From NCBI RefSeq assembly GCF_009914755.1, contig NC_060947.1: DNA of 64,000 bases; one strand, written 5' to 3'. Both the position numbers and the translations under genes were made by a program. Shown piece by piece: positions 33,825 through 53,354 of this stretch. The notes beneath the pieces were generated by a model. The model saw only the letters and a list, made by a program, of their open reading frames with translations. It ran no database searches and was not told the DNA's origin. How positions within the stretch are numbered: position 1 is the first letter of the stretch; each line of letters opens with the position of its first letter. Source of the stretch: the human T2T-CHM13v2.0 reference genome, Homo sapiens.

Positions 33825-35529
33825 CTGCAAATGAAGATTTGGGCAGAATGAGTCAGTGGGAAGGCGGAAGCAGCATATGGGAAGCAACAGAGGAGCCACA
33901 TTGGCTTGGCTGTTCCCTACCAAACAAGCTGGAGACAGACCCTGCCTAAGCCCCCATAGTCTTTGTTACCATTTGTCTCCATGCAGGCAGCAATAAACCC
34001 TTCCCTTCAGACTCCTGTTCCTTATTCTGTTAACACCCCCAGGCGTTAACACCCCCAAGCTGGAAAGGGGTCGTAGAAACCAAATCTTCCTCCTTGGGGG
34101 ATTCCAACCTAGACCCTCTAAGAAAGCAGTGGAGGGTGTGAAATGATTTCTGATATTGTAAGAGGAATAGCAGAAATTGCACATTTGCTCACAATAAAGC
34201 TGCATCACAAGCTTCACTCAAATATCAATTCTTTTTTGGCTCAGAAGCACAGCTTGTCTCATGGTGATCAAAGGCTCTGACTGGTCTTTATGTGTCTTTG
34301 AATAATGAAAAAGTGGGAAATTGGATTATTAAAAAATGCAACCTATTCAACAGAAAAAAATTTCCCAAATATGAGTCCCAGCGCAGGAAAAATGATGAGA
34401 CGGTCCTGGTGGTGGAGAGGTTGGGGGCCACAGATGTGAGCCAAGCTCTCCTCTCTGTGAGGAAGAAATGATAGCCACCAAGGCCTGGAATGGTTATAGA
34501 ACTTGCTTAAATTTTCACAGAGTTAGGCCCACAGCCCAGCAAAGTCAAAAACAAGCATAATCAGAAGACATTCATAGCATGGTGATTTTCAACTTGTGTA
34601 GACTCAGCTTTTCTTCCAATGATAACACACATGGATGCCTATGAAAGAAATTCAAGTAGAATTATTAAGAATAAAGACTCCAGTCCAAGAAGCTCCCTGA
34701 TTAATTCTTTATGATCCCTCGCTCTACCTAACGTGCCCCTGAGGAACTCCAGGGTGCTGAGAGCACAGTTTAAAAATTATGAAACCCTGCACTTCCTGCT
34801 GATGACACAGATGGGGACTCCTGAAGCCCACTTTAGGGCCAGAGCTAGGTCTAGTACCTAGGTGTACAGCTCCTCAGTTTCGTGGTATCTCCCTGACACC
34901 TCACTGCTTTTTCTCTACAGATCATGCCTCACTGGTCAGTGAGATATAACCAAGGTATGGACAACCTGAACTTCCAGATCCTCAAAGGACTGGCTGAATC
35001 TTGGACACCTAAATAGTGGATCTCAAATTCTTACTTGTGTTTAATTGTACCCCTCCCAACTCCCCAGCAGTGGGAGGGCTTTCAGCCAAGGTAACCTGCT
35101 ATGAAGTTGCCTGGGAGGCAGGAAGTGGATTAAAAAATCTTCCTAGTGTCAACTTCTACTCCTTTCTGTATCTCATCACTGCCTAGAAACTTCTAAAGCT
35201 TTCAAAAACCTCACCCACCCAACCTCCACAGTGTCCTGCCTTTTTGACTCTCTTTCACTTAATTATCCAGCTAAGTTATAAGCTTCCTGAGAGCAGGGAA
35301 AATGTTTGTTTCATTTCTACTTCCCTGATACCTGACACATCATAGACAGGTTTTAATAAACATTTGTTGGCTTGAACTCAACTCTCCCTACTCACATGTA
35401 GTACACAAAATGGAGATTATTAATCTCAGGCTCCAAGTAAGTAAATTTAAATTCAGAGAAGGGGAAGTAACTCCCAAGAGCACACAGAAGGTTAAGGATA
35501 TTGCTAATACTCTGCTTTCCAGCTAACAC

Positions 35530-38283
35530 TGGCCTTCCCATGGGGTACTGGTGAAGGCTGAGGGATTTCTAGGAACCATGGGGAAGGGCCAAATGCAGTG
35601 GGAAGAGGAAATTATAAAAGTAGAGAAGTGAGGGAGCTTCTGGGAGAGAGGGCTAGAACTCACTTTGAGTATAGACATGGGTATGAGGGAAGAGGATGGG
35701 TCCAGTGGGAGAGGCCCTGGTATTGCAGCTTGAACCTGTGTTTGTACTGTCTCTTTGTGCTCTTTTGCCAGTCTTCCCATCACAGGGTAGGCATCTTGCT
35801 AGTAGTTCCCAGGCATTTTCAGTGGATGCCTGTCCCAGAAAAGATAAATGGTAAGAGCACATTGACAGCAAATGCAGAGCCACCTAGAGCCCAGATGGGT
35901 CCTTTTAAATTATTAACTCTTGCGGTAACCCACAGAACAGGGGTGGAGAGTCTTTTGGGCCAGGTTGAGTACTCACTTTGGGGTTGACCAATGCAGGGAG
36001 GGAGGTGCAGAAGGCCTTAGGATTTGAGCCTACGCTGCCAGTGATCCTTGGCTGTTCTTCAGGAATATATACAGTGGAATGTATGGCCTTCACTGGCTGG
36101 GAGAAACAGGAGGAAGGGCTAACAGTGGTTAGTTTGCTTTTTGTTGGGCCCACAGAGGACCAGGATTCTTTGTGTTTGATAGACCCAGTAAATCTAGTGA
36201 CTGGAATTCTAGCCTCATCTCTCTACCCATCCACTGTTTTGATGGCTGTAGGAACAATGTATGTCCCCAATTTATTTAGCCCTCTCTTCTCTCTGGCTTT
36301 TCTTGCCACTGCTGGCTTCTTACCTCGTATCCCATATCCCAATAACTTGGCCTCCCATGCTCTCAGGAAAGAGCTAGATACCCCAATACCTTTTCTGTGG
36401 GCTCTCACACTTGGTTACACCCGGGGCATCCCTTATGGGAGGATTTTAGGTGAAGGAGATTCAAGAAGCTCTATGTCCTTTCTTATACTATTATTTCCCA
36501 CACTATGAGGATATCTTTTGCCTCATCCCTGTCACCTCCTTTACTTACCGAAATCCCCCAACACTCTGGATTCTGCAAACGCGCTTCTGACCTCTCCCTC
36601 TATGGGTAAAACAGAAATTAAGAATCTTTTTCCTACCCTATGCCCCAAGTTCAAATACCCCCGGAGAGATCAACATCCCTTCTGTGAGAAACTTCCAGTT
36701 ATGGAGGAGGCTGTTTTGCTGGTGCTGTCTGGCTCTAAAACCAGAAGCTATAAGGAGGAAGCAGTGAGATCTCAGTAGATTCTGGAATACCTCAAAGGAG
36801 GTCTAGTTCTGGGATGAAGATCCCAACTGAGGTGGCATCCCAACTGAACCATACACCAATGTCATTGCTACTTCTGACTTATTCTCTGTACCACCTCAAT
36901 CCCTCCTTCCATAGCCCTCCTTCCTCCTTCCTATCAGATGATAATTTCCTTGATAAGAGCCTTGAGCTTCACTGAAGGTTTTGGCCACCTGACATCTTAG
37001 GGTTTCACTTGTACTGGACTGGGTTAAGTATCACGTGACTCTCCAAAACAGTGATGGGAGCAGGTAATTACTTAAATAAGAAAAGGCCCACCTGCTGAAG
37101 GCACTTTTGACCCCATTTCTGTGGACATCAGCATGATAAATACTGTTGAGGATGGCTTGATCTGCCACTTTTAGCTCAGAAGCTTATGACCATGTTGTAT
37201 AAGTGGTATCCATAGGCTCCAGAGGTCTATGCTGCCCATAGAACATCACGTCATCTAGGCGTGAGTAGTTCTTCAGGGAGTCTGAGGATTAGTTCTAACC
37301 TTCCCTTTCTTGGGGATCAGATAGCATGTGATGTGAATGTGGTTAGGCCCTTCCTTGTTCCGACTCCTATTTCAAACATCTTGCTTTGATTAATTTTTTA
37401 GCCATTTCCAGGTAGATTTTTCTGCTGCTTTCTGGGGAGTCCTTCTTGGCTTTGAAGGGTGGCTAGTCAGCTACAGTCAGGTGACTTGATTACAGAAGCC
37501 CTTGAAGGGCATTATTTTGCTTCCCCTCTGCTTCTATTTAGTGGATGCTTGGGTGCTCAGCATCCTCTAGAATGCTGTAGGCTCCTCCCTGTCACCATTC
37601 CTGCCCTCTTCAATTTCCTCAGGACATAGTTGTAGCTTCATATGTGGGTAGGTACTGGGGGCAGTAGTGATCCCTGACTCCTCTAAGATGGATGACATGC
37701 TTGGCAGTGTTGAAGGGATCGGAAATGAGGTAGACATGCTCAACTTGAAGAGCAGGGTTAGCACAGTCAGAGGGATGAAGTAAGATGGCTTAGACCACTA
37801 GGAAAAGGCATGCTCCAGAGGGTTAACATAGAAGGCAAAAAGGGGGCTGAAGCAGTGGAGATGCTGGTGGGTAATGCTGCCACCTCTGTGTATGTCCCCA
37901 GAGACCTAACATGGGCCACCTTCTGAAGACAGTGGGGCTCCAAGCCCTTGCCTAGGAACTTGGGGTGCTAGAGTGGTAGCCATAGGAGCAACCATATGGA
38001 AGGTGTCTGGAGTGCAGGTGAGGGTGGCATCAGAGATAGAGGGGTAGACAATGGGATTTTGCCAGGATTAGGGGTACTGGGCTCAGTGGCATAGTGGGTA
38101 ATCATCTGCTACTCAAGCATCAGGTCCTGCTCAGATTGCTAAGGAAGCCTCCAAGCACCACAATCTCTGTCTCTGCTGGGATCCTGCATGTCCATTCCTA
38201 CCATGGCCTCTGCTTTGTGGCCTAGATCTACCTCTCAGAGCTAAGTAAAGCCCATAAGTCTTGACATAGGATATGGCCCATGT
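35530..38283 (-). pseudogene. Candidate large Ser/Pro/Thr-rich exon (degraded)
   Basis: Strong acceptor cttccccagtccctcctccccctag| at 38284-38285; ~2.7 kb with no recognisable repeats; serial minus-strand S/P/T-rich ORF pieces (37567-37764; 36223-36408 and 35905-36153 in the same frame; 35523-35783). 3' boundary uncertain. Confidence 0.6.
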
Positions 38284-38782
38284 CTAGGGGAGGAGGGACT
38301 GGGGAAGAGTTCTGGATACCATGAAGAACAGGGTCATGAACTCTCAGAAGGCAATGGAGCACGTATTGGGGGCTTATGAGACAGCATTTTCTGGGCTCTG
38401 AAATCTATTCTGCCATCAATTTGCTGTGTAACTTCAGGCATAAAGCTGCCTCTCTTAAGGCCCATCTGTAACTTAGGGAGGGAAAATCAGGAATTATAAG
38501 GAACCTCCCAGATTTGAAGTTTTATAGAACAGTAGGTAGATGAGACACAGGGTTTAATTCCTTTCAGGGCTTGCTTTGTTCCAGAGTTATGGATGTCTCT
38601 TTTTCAACAAGCCCAAACCTTTATTCAGCATTCCAAGAAGGTCAAAGACATAAAGAAGATAGAAATGGAACAGGGGATGGGGGCTCAAAGTCCCACATGC
38701 TGAGGACCCTTTTTCTTCTTCACTCAGAGCAGCCTTTTATAGAGAGGTAGAGTGAAAGCAGGGAAGAAGAGAGAACTGTCAT

Positions 38783-39127
<345 letters not shown>

Positions 39128-40149
39128 TGTCATTTTACTAAGCCCCTGCTAGCAGCCAGCACTGCAGTAGGCACTTTACACTCATCCAATTTAAAAGGCT
39201 CACCCACACTTCAGCAAAGTTCTCATTCTCCCCATTTCTCAGACAAGGACACTGAGACTCACTGAGATGATGCCACTTGCCCAAGGTAACGTAGCTAGGA
39301 CATTTCAGAGCTGGGATTAAAACCCAGGCCATGTTCTGAATAGTGTACCAGGAAAGAAAGTAGAGAGTAATGACTATCTGTTGGGGAAAAGTATCAAGAG
39401 TGGGCATCACATTGTAAGAATGAGACCATTAAGAAGGGAGGTGGTAAGCTGAGAAAGAAAATTTACAAATCCTACTATTAGCCATGGGTCAAATAGGCAT
39501 AGGACTTAGTGGCTCAGGACATACATATATACCCCGTACTGTAATATCTGTGCTGCCTTCGTGTGTGCCTGCGTGGGCATACATATGCATGAGGATATGA
39601 GCTCCCTAACTTTCTCTACTCCGAGGACCAACTTCCCCAGCTGTGGGCCATGTGTGAGGCATTGGGGCTGACCACCAGCTGCTGACACTACTCCTGCTAC
39701 TCCTTCAACTGCTGCCTATGGTTCCCAGTGGAAACACATAAAACTTCTTCTATTTATGCCTCTCTGTCTGTAGGATCAGGGCGCTTTGCAAAGCTGTGCC
39801 TCTGTTTACCTGGGTCACAGTGCTTCTCATCACGTCTTTTGGGAGTGAAGAAGCAAAACTAGTAGCGATGGGACTAGAACATGTTTTCTAGGTCAGGCAT
39901 TCCCTCCACATATCCAGTCACAATTCGTTCCCATTTTGGGCAGCAATTGTGATTTTCCCAATGGCCCACTTGTGAGAAGCAAAGACTCAGAGAAGGAAAG
40001 GATCTTTCCCAAGATCCAGTCCCAGTGACACAGATGGGACTGGAACTCAGTTCTGCCCTCCTGGCTTCTAGTCTAATGCTTTTTCCAGCACACTACACAT
40101 TGAAAACAAAGTTCCCTGGCCCCTGAGGGCTTGAGGGCTACCCTCTTAC

Positions 40150-40267
40150 ATGGCATATCTTCAGCACAGCTGGCATTTACAGCCTGTGTTTTCAGTAACA
40201 GCAGAAGGGTATATTCTCCAAAGATTTCAGGAGTATTTTCAATCAGGAACTGAACCAGTTGGGTAAC
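40150..40267 (-). pseudogene. RhoGAP exon 4 (118 nt, open)
   Basis: ctctcag| VTQLVQFLIENTPEIFGEYTLLLLLKTQAVNASCAEDMP |GTAAGA vs VSLLIQFLIENCLRIFGEEITSL. Confidence 0.92.
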
Positions 40268-40976
40268 CTGAGAGCAAGGCCTGTGGTCAGTGGATGGGCC
40301 TGGAGTGAAGCCCCACTATAAGGGGCTGCTCAAGAATTGATGACTCTCTGCTTCCTATCAGATCAAATTCAACTCCCTTAGCCTGGAGAGCCTTGTATAC
40401 TAGGCAAAAGAACAAGTATTTTTCAGCATATGCATGGCATTTCAAACACTGATTATTTTCATTTGACTAATGTAGACAGAAAAGTAAAGTGACTTATTCA
40501 AGATGATACAGTCAGTCACTGATTGGCCCATTTTGCTATACAACATGTATTTTTTCACTTGTCAAATATCCATTAAGAAGTGCTTGCTCTGTGCTTTGTG
40601 CTGGGTGAGGGTTTGGAGATCTAAAGGAATAAAACAAGGTCCCTGGTGTCAGGAAATTCATATTCTGGTAGAAGAGGCAAATAAAATCATTTTCCCTTTT
40701 ATTTGGCTAGTGCTTTAGGGCTTCAAATCCCTTTTATATATGCCATCTATTCTTCCCTCCATAAGGCCCTAATACAAACCTCATTTTAGTGATGAAGAAA
40801 TGAAGGCTCAGTGAGGTCACATGACTTGTCAGAATTTACATCGCTAGTGAGGAAGGCATTTCTGGTATTGACCCTTGCCCTTGTGATCTTTTCATAACAT
40901 GGGGCGAGGAAGCATCTATAGGTAAAAGAGAGGTGGCTTGTAGGGCCCGATGGGGAAGGGGCAGTGAACTCTTTAC

Positions 40977-41166
40977 CTTGCCTATATTCTGGCTCTCATC
41001 TTCTGGTCTTTTGCAGTTGGATAACCATAGCAAGTTGGGTGCAACACACAGGGCTAGGTTGAAAGCTATTATCTGGTTTGCCTCAGAGTTGGCCACAATG
41101 TGGCTCAGGATACCAAAGAGGTACTTTAGCAGCAGGCATTTGCCTTCTGGAAGCTGCACTACTGGT
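40977..41166 (-). pseudogene. RhoGAP exon 3 (190 nt, open)
   Basis: caag| PVVQLPEGKCLLLKYLFGILSHIVANSEANQIIAFNLALCVAPNLLWLSNCKRPEDESQNIGK |GTAAAG vs LLDQLPRANVVLLRYLFGVLHNIEQHSSSNQMTAFNLAVCVAPSILW. Confidence 0.95.
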
Positions 41167-41588
41167 CTTGCCAGTGGGTGACAGATGAAGTCCAGAGGAT
41201 GGGGGACAATTCAGGAAAGAGGAAGGTCAGTTTAATGTGTCTTTGTATATCTCTGTGGGGGTTGGGGGATAATAGCCATGTAAGGTCTGGCTAATTTTGT
41301 CAGAGCACTAGTGCTGATTAGAACTTTGGAGAATCTCCTCACCCTAGTATATAGCAGTGGGGAAATATTGAAGTGTAGAGAAGAGAAGTTACTTGTTTAA
41401 GGGCACACAACTGGTTTAAGGTAGAGCTTGAAATAGAAGTATATATGATGCATGAAGAATCCTGGTTGGAAATGTTTGAAGTATTGAGAAGTGACATTCC
41501 CTCCCCTTTTCTTCCTTTCTTCATCTGCATAACCGTTTTCACTTTTCTCTCCAAGTCTCAGGTATGAGTCTGGAATTAGGAATCTTAC

Positions 41589-41696
41589 CTCTGGAGAGAC
41601 TGGACTCTGCTGGCTGGTATGCCCCTCCATGGCTGTCATCCGTTGTCTGTACATGCCTGAGGACAGAATACTGTCAGGAATGCTGCACAGGAATTT
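41589..41696 (-). pseudogene. RhoGAP exon 2
   Basis: tcag| KFLCSIPDSILSSGMYRQRMTAME/fs/RVQSLQR |GTAAGA vs DFLRNIPGSIFSSDLYDHWVSVMD..KINTVQR; 108 nt where phase implies 110. Confidence 0.92.
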
Positions 41697-42010
41697 CTGA
41701 GTGAAATTCACTCTTATAAAATGCACATGTCCTGGACCTAGACCTACACTCACTAAAGGGATAGCTGATGGATAAATAAATGCCCTTCTGGCCCATGCTG
41801 TTCTCCTGCCCTATGACCATTAAGCATCTCCACCTGCCACCTGAAGATGTGAAGGTTGGTTCAGGTAATAATAATATGGCTCTCTGTTCACATGAACAGT
41901 TCTGAGAAGTTCAGGGCTGTGTGCCTGAGGTAGGGGAGGGAAGTGTCTTGGTTTCTTCCTGGCATTCCCTCGAACCTTGGAGTGGACCACATGTACACAG
42001 GCAGACTTAC

Positions 42011-42172
42011 AGTCAAGACAGATGCAGCCACAAACAATGACTCTCTAACCATGGACACCTGGGCCCCAGAATTCGGTTTCTCCTTTATCTCCTTGCAAGT
42101 CTTGGCACTGGCTGAGTGGCGGAAGATGCCAGCAGTGGTTGGGCCCTCCTTGTATGACAGCATCAGCATGTT
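42011..42172 (-). pseudogene. RhoGAP exon 1 (162 nt, open, arginine finger GIFR)
   Basis: ccaag| NMLMLSYKEGPTTAGIFRHSASAKTCKEIKEKPNSGAQVSMVRESLFVAASVLT |GTAAGT vs DMLFFLNQKGPLTKGIFRQSANVKSCRELKEKLNSGVEVHLDCESIFVIASVLK; 54 codons in both. Confidence 0.95.
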
Positions 42173-42760
42173 CTTGGAAGATCCCCAGATGTTGGGCAGG
42201 TGCCCTCTAATCCAATTTCCAAGGTTTCCTGGGACATGACAATACACTTGCCACAAATTCCCTAGACCCCCATATATCCCCTCTATCCACAGGGTCCTGT
42301 AGACTATTCTTTTACCTGCTGCAGAACTCAACTCCACTCTAACATTCCAGATGGGTTTCTCAGTCTTTGCCTGACCACATGATCTTAATGGTGGCAAGTC
42401 AGTCACTGTGACTGTATAAGAGATTATGTGGTAAGCAAGGAGCATTGACAATCGCCATCAAAACACATTCTGAAAGCAGTTACCTTTCACATCTAAGCAT
42501 TAATTGGAGGCTAGGTCTAGCTGGAGAGCTCTTGCCTGAGAAGATGGGTGTGTTCTACTGGGTTGAGGCCACTGGCTTAGCCTGTAGATTGAGACGTATG
42601 GGGATTATGCATACGCTGTTAGGATGAGGTACCCTCACTAGTAAGGCAGAGCATAAATGCATGAGGGGGCTGAGCCCTGATCTACAATGGCTTTGGAATC
42701 TTAAGCCTAGGCCCAGCCCTTAGGACACAGCTCTTTTGCCTTCAGCCAGAAGTGATTTAT

Positions 42761-42939
42761 CATGATAAGCCTGGGCAGGTGGCTTGTTTGGTACAGTGTA
42801 GACAGATCCAGGCCAAAGAGCTTATGATAATTCTCTTCCTGTGGTGAATATACCATGGAACTTTCTAAGGGTAAGGTAGGGTTTCTCTGCAGGGTCCAGT
42901 ACAGCAGGGACTTTCTTTTTCTTTAGTCTTTTCTTCACT
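42761..42939 (-). pseudogene. Pre-GAP exon
   Basis: E*RKD*RKRKSLLYWTLQR...KLFGLDLSTLYQTSHLPRLIM vs KRRRSIINWAFWR...QLFGISLPNICENDNLPKPVL; two stops; donor reads ATAAAT instead of GTAAAT. Confidence 0.85.
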
Positions 42940-43112
42940 CTAAGTTTTGTGAGTAGAAGTTGGGCGAGATGAAGTTAGGACACAGAGAGTTGGCAGTCCC
43001 CCAAAATACACCGGAAGAGTTAGATGGCAGTGAGAGGGATACTAGGAGTAGGGGAGCACTGTGGGGACAGAGGCAGAGGCTGGGAACACCAAGGTAAGAA
43101 GAGCAGGGAGGG

Positions 43113-43910
43113 TGTGGTATAGTATGAAATATATTTGGTCTTTCTCCCTAGTTACTGTCATAGAGCTCCTAAAACCTCTGGATTTTCTGAATGATAGGAG
43201 CATTTTTTATTATGCATAATAAGCCCATTTGATACATCCTGAGTTTATGCTAATGAGGTTACTTAGGGTGGGGCCTCTAGGTAGCCTCAGGATGGCACCA
43301 GTCACTGGAAAAACCAAGCAATTAGAGGATTAGAGGGTTGAAACTTTCAGCCCCACCTACAGTTCTCTGGGAATGGGGGTGGTTAGAGACCAAGCTCTAT
43401 GAAAACTGTTGAACAGTAAGATTTGATGAGTTTCTGGGTAGCTGAACACGTGTGGAGTTGCTGGAAGGGTGGTGTGTCCAGGTAAGGCATGGAAGATCCA
43501 CCCCCATCCCCACTTGCCTTGTCCATTTCTTCTTCTATATCCTTTATAATAAGCTGGAAATTGTAAGAGTTTTCCTGAATTCTGTGAGCCATCCTAGCAA
43601 ACTGATCAAACCAAAGGAAGAGGTTGTGGGAACCTCAGTTTGTAGCCAGTCTGTCAGAAGTACAGGTCACAACCTGAGACTTGTAATTGATGTCTGAAGT
43701 AGGGGGCAGTCTTGTGGGACTGAGCTCTTAAACTGTGGGATCTGACACTATCTACGTGGAGATAGTAATTGACTTACAGGACACCTAGCTGGTGTCTGCT
43801 GGAGAACTGTTTGGTGTAAGAAACCCCCACCCCCCAACATCTGATCACAGAAATGTGCTGTGAGTGTGTTGAGCAGAGTAGAGAGAAAAAAATTGTTTTT
43901 CCCTTTCAGA
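43113..43910 (+). mobile_element. MER21-type solo LTR (intronic)
   Basis: tgtggtat..aaatatatttggtcttt..agagctcctaaaacc start; gaggg on both flanks. Family and strand assigned from memory. Confidence 0.7.
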
Positions 43911-43994
43911 GAGGGGCTGGATCAAAGGGCCCGTATACTGTTTCTGTGTCTCTAGGATCCACACAGAGCCTGGCATCAAGGACTCAGCCCTTAC

Positions 43995-44171
43995 CTCTCT
44001 CCAATACACTGGGTAGTTTGCTCTTGTGCTTCAAAATAAATTTAAATTGCTTGTCCTCAGGCACCTGACTCAGAGATGTGGGGTCAAGGTAGCCCTGAGT
44101 GGTCCTGGAGGTGATTGGCTGGGGCACATGGCACAGGTTTGTTTGGGCAATGTTGTATGAGCTCTCATGGC
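43995..44171 (-). pseudogene. RA-domain exon 3 (177 nt, open)
   Basis: ttttcctttctag| HESSYNIAQTNL...SQVPEDKQFKFILKHKSKLPSVLER |GTAAGG vs HEYPYGIKMSHL...EQLPREMQCQFILKP; phase 1-1. Confidence 0.85.
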
Positions 44172-45169
44172 CTAGAAAGGAAAAAAAAAAACCACTTACA
44201 CCTTTGCCCCAGCAGAAGGGTACCCATTCCTTGGCTACCCACTGTCACCTGATGTCTTCCTTACCCCATTCAAACATTAGTGACAGGTTCTCTTTAGGGA
44301 AGAAGTGGCTGAGAGATTTTCCTTCATTTTCCAGCCCTGATCAATGAGTAGCATGTACTAGGAGAGCTGTATGGAGAAGGATTCTGAGGATGTGTACAGA
44401 CTCAGAGATAAACAGTATTATGACTAATTTCAGATGTTTGTCATGGGTATAAGACATGGGAACTCATGCTATATGTCTGTCATTTTGCATCTAAGGGCCT
44501 AAAAATGATCTTTACAAAACATAGATGGTAAGGCTATGCTGGCACTGAATTCCTTGTGTATCTGGAGGCATACGAATTAACCTTTCTTGGCCCAAGGTTC
44601 CCTTTCAGAACCTTGGAGATATCATCAGTCAGGTAATGTCAATCTCTAAGAAATACCTCAGTGGACTCTAGCTATGGAGATGCAAAACAGAGAGCACTGA
44701 GACAAATATTTTCATGGGGTCCCAGAACAAAGGCTAAAGTAGCTGGGATTAGTTAGCTTAGTTTAGAGAACTTTAAGGAAAGAGAGTTTGTTTTGCTGTT
44801 CTCTTGCCCTGCCTCAATTTTCCTTCCATGGACACTGAAAAATATAGCTACCCAGTTGTCCAGCATGTAGCTGATTCAAGGGATTTGTTGAATTTTATTA
44901 GTAAATTTTATAATTTTGCCTTCTGGATGAGGAGAGAAAAGTCTAATTTCTCTTCATGTCACTGTTTTTTCAGCAATTTAAATGATTATTCCCCAAACTG
45001 TGTTCTGATTATTTTTGTTGCATGAGGTGGCAATAGCAGTAGCCCTCAGGATTCTCAGAGTTAAACAAATTGGGAAATACTGCATTCTGGACTGGTCCCT
45101 TTGTTACACATATTAATACATTCATAGATTAGAGAAATCCTACAGTAAAGAAACACATTTCACTTTCTT

Positions 45170-51274
<6,105 letters not shown>

Positions 51275-51712
51275 CACATTTCACTTTCTTAAACCAACAC
51301 TTCCCAATTCACTCGGCCACTGAACAACCCCCTTTTCCCTACAAAATGACAATGAACAGAAACCCATTCTTTGAAAGTTGGCTTAGGAAACACTGCTTTT
51401 AAGTAACAATACTATTCAATAAGTCCTTTGGATATGTCTTTCCAATCCCTGCTGCTAAGATATAAATCCAGTTCTCTTTGTCTTGAATTTGCCTTCTTAG
51501 TCTATCAAATACCCACTGAGTAAATCACAGATCTCTCTGTATTTCCAGAGTCCTCTGTAACTCCTGTGGCCTCCCCTTCCTGATCTCCTCTCCCATGTTT
51601 AAACCAGTGATCCTTGCAGCTAGGGGCACACTGAACATAGATCCCAAGATGCTGAGATCCTCAGGCCAAAATGGAGCCTATTTCAAGCCCTCATAGAACT
51701 CAGGAACCTTAC

Positions 51713-51778
51713 TAATGAGTGGGTAAGACAGGCCTCTTTTGATGAATTCACCCGTAGCAAAAAATCACAGGATTGGCC
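51713..51778 (-). pseudogene. RA-domain exon 2
   Basis: ctttccttag| GQSCDFLLRVNSSKEA/fs/SYPLI |GTAAGG vs GSERDYQLWVNSGKEEAPYPLI; 66 nt, 1-nt deletion. Confidence 0.87.
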
Positions 51779-52205
51779 CTAAGGAAAGTCAAGGACAAGG
51801 TAATGATATGAAGAGGAGGCAGGTGTAAGCACATCAGGGTGGAGCCTGGCAAGACTGCCTTCTCCTCACCTTTCACAACCAGGAGACGCCATGGTGTTTC
51901 CTGAAAAAAGCAGCCATGTTTTCCCCACATCCTTCCCCACGAGGCTCTGTAGACTGTGGGGGTCTTCATGGAGTACATCAAGCCATGGTCACCAAAGAGA
52001 ATCAGAGTTGAGGCCAGGAACCACTAAGGAAACCAAGGCAGGGTAGGGCAGGACTACTAGAGGGGGGGCTGGGGTAGGAGCAGGGCAATGCTGAAGGGAA
52101 ACGTCAAGAATAATATGGAGAGGGAGGAGGACTGGTCAATGCAAAGTGTGGGCAGGGTTTGGGAAAACTCTGAATAGGGAGAGCCCAGGCAATATTGAAG
52201 AAGGT

Positions 52206-52720
52206 TGTATTAGTTTCCTAATGCTTCTCTAAAATATCACCACCAACTTAGTGGCTTGAAACAATGCAAATGCATTCTTTTACAGTTCTGGAAAACAGAA
52301 GTCTAAAATGGTTCAGCAGAGCTGCATTCCTTCTTGAAGCTCTAGGGGAAAATAAATTTCCTTGCCTTTTCCAGCGTCTATCGAATGTCTACATTCCTTG
52401 ACTGCTGCCCCCTTCCTTCATCTTCAGAGGCAAAAGTGTAGCATCTTCCAATCTCTCTGCTCCCTTCCTCCCTCTCTGTCTTCCTCTCTCTGCTTACATC
52501 TTCACATTACTTTTTTTCTAACTTTGACTCTCTCGTCTCCCTCTTATAAGGACCCTTGTGATTGCACTGGGCCCACCCAGATAATCCAGGATATCCCCTC
52601 ATCTCAAGATTCTTAACTTAATCACATCTACAAATTCTCTTTTGCCATGTAAAGTAACATTTTCTTGGGCTCTGGAGATTAGGATAAAGATATATTAGGG
52701 AGGCAATTATTCTGTCTACT
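52206..52720 (-). mobile_element. MLT1-type MaLR LTR
   Basis: tgtattagtttcct...cttagtggcttgaaacaa...cttataaggacccttgtgattgcactgggcccacccagataatccagg. Confidence 0.8.
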
Positions 52721-53354
52721 TTAGTAGTGTTGTGTTAGTGCTGAGAGGAAGAGAACTGGGCCAGTGCTGATAGTCAGGGATGTGACAATGTTAAGGAGAA
52801 GGACAAATCTAAAGAAAGAGAGGGCAAGGGGTAAGGGCCTAGGGCCTGTATACTGGCAGGTTACGGTCACTGGTGAGTGGAAGCCAGCTGCCATTGTCCA
52901 AGGGAAAACATGTCAAATGCTGACTGAAGCATTCTGACCAGAGATCAACTCCATATTGGGTTTTCCCTACCTCTACCAGTATTTCCCAGCCTGTTCCCCA
53001 TTTACACATGGTTAATACAATCAGCAATCAGCAGGCTTTCTCCACTGACTAACTGTACCCAGCCATAGTCTGTTTTTTTCTGCAAACCTAATTTACAGAA
53101 AGCCTTAGTTCCCCCTATGGGCTTGGAGGTCCCAGAGCAAACTCTCTCAGACCTCAAGTGGACCCGAGAATGTTTTACTTTTCCTATTCTGTTTTGTGAA
53201 AGCAAATATTAAAGAAGATGTACATTCCCTCAGCAGCTTGCAGTGGATATAAGTGGGTCAGGAGGGTGGTGGAGGGTATGGAAAAGACCAGTCTGGGAAT
53301 GAAAATCCATCCTTTGCAATCCAAAAGGGGATGCTCTGCAATTAAAACTTAATT

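Noticed and set aside
35978-36508. 176-aa plus-strand ORF
   Set aside because: Antisense shadow of the degraded minus-strand exon; no recognisable domain.
42375-42535. Possible pre-GAP exon in the upstream part of the 187-aa ORF
   Set aside because: The real pre-GAP exon is 42761-42939 (KLFGLDLS..LPRLIM); this part is intronic read-through.
44299-44671. Two weak RA-like segments (EIDIT..TDDISKVLKGNL and SPSTCYSLIRAGK*RKISQPLL) suggesting a second RA exon pair
   Set aside because: Much better matches with exact lengths and canonical splice sites exist at 54427-54504 and 51713-51778; similarity here is within chance and one donor is missing.
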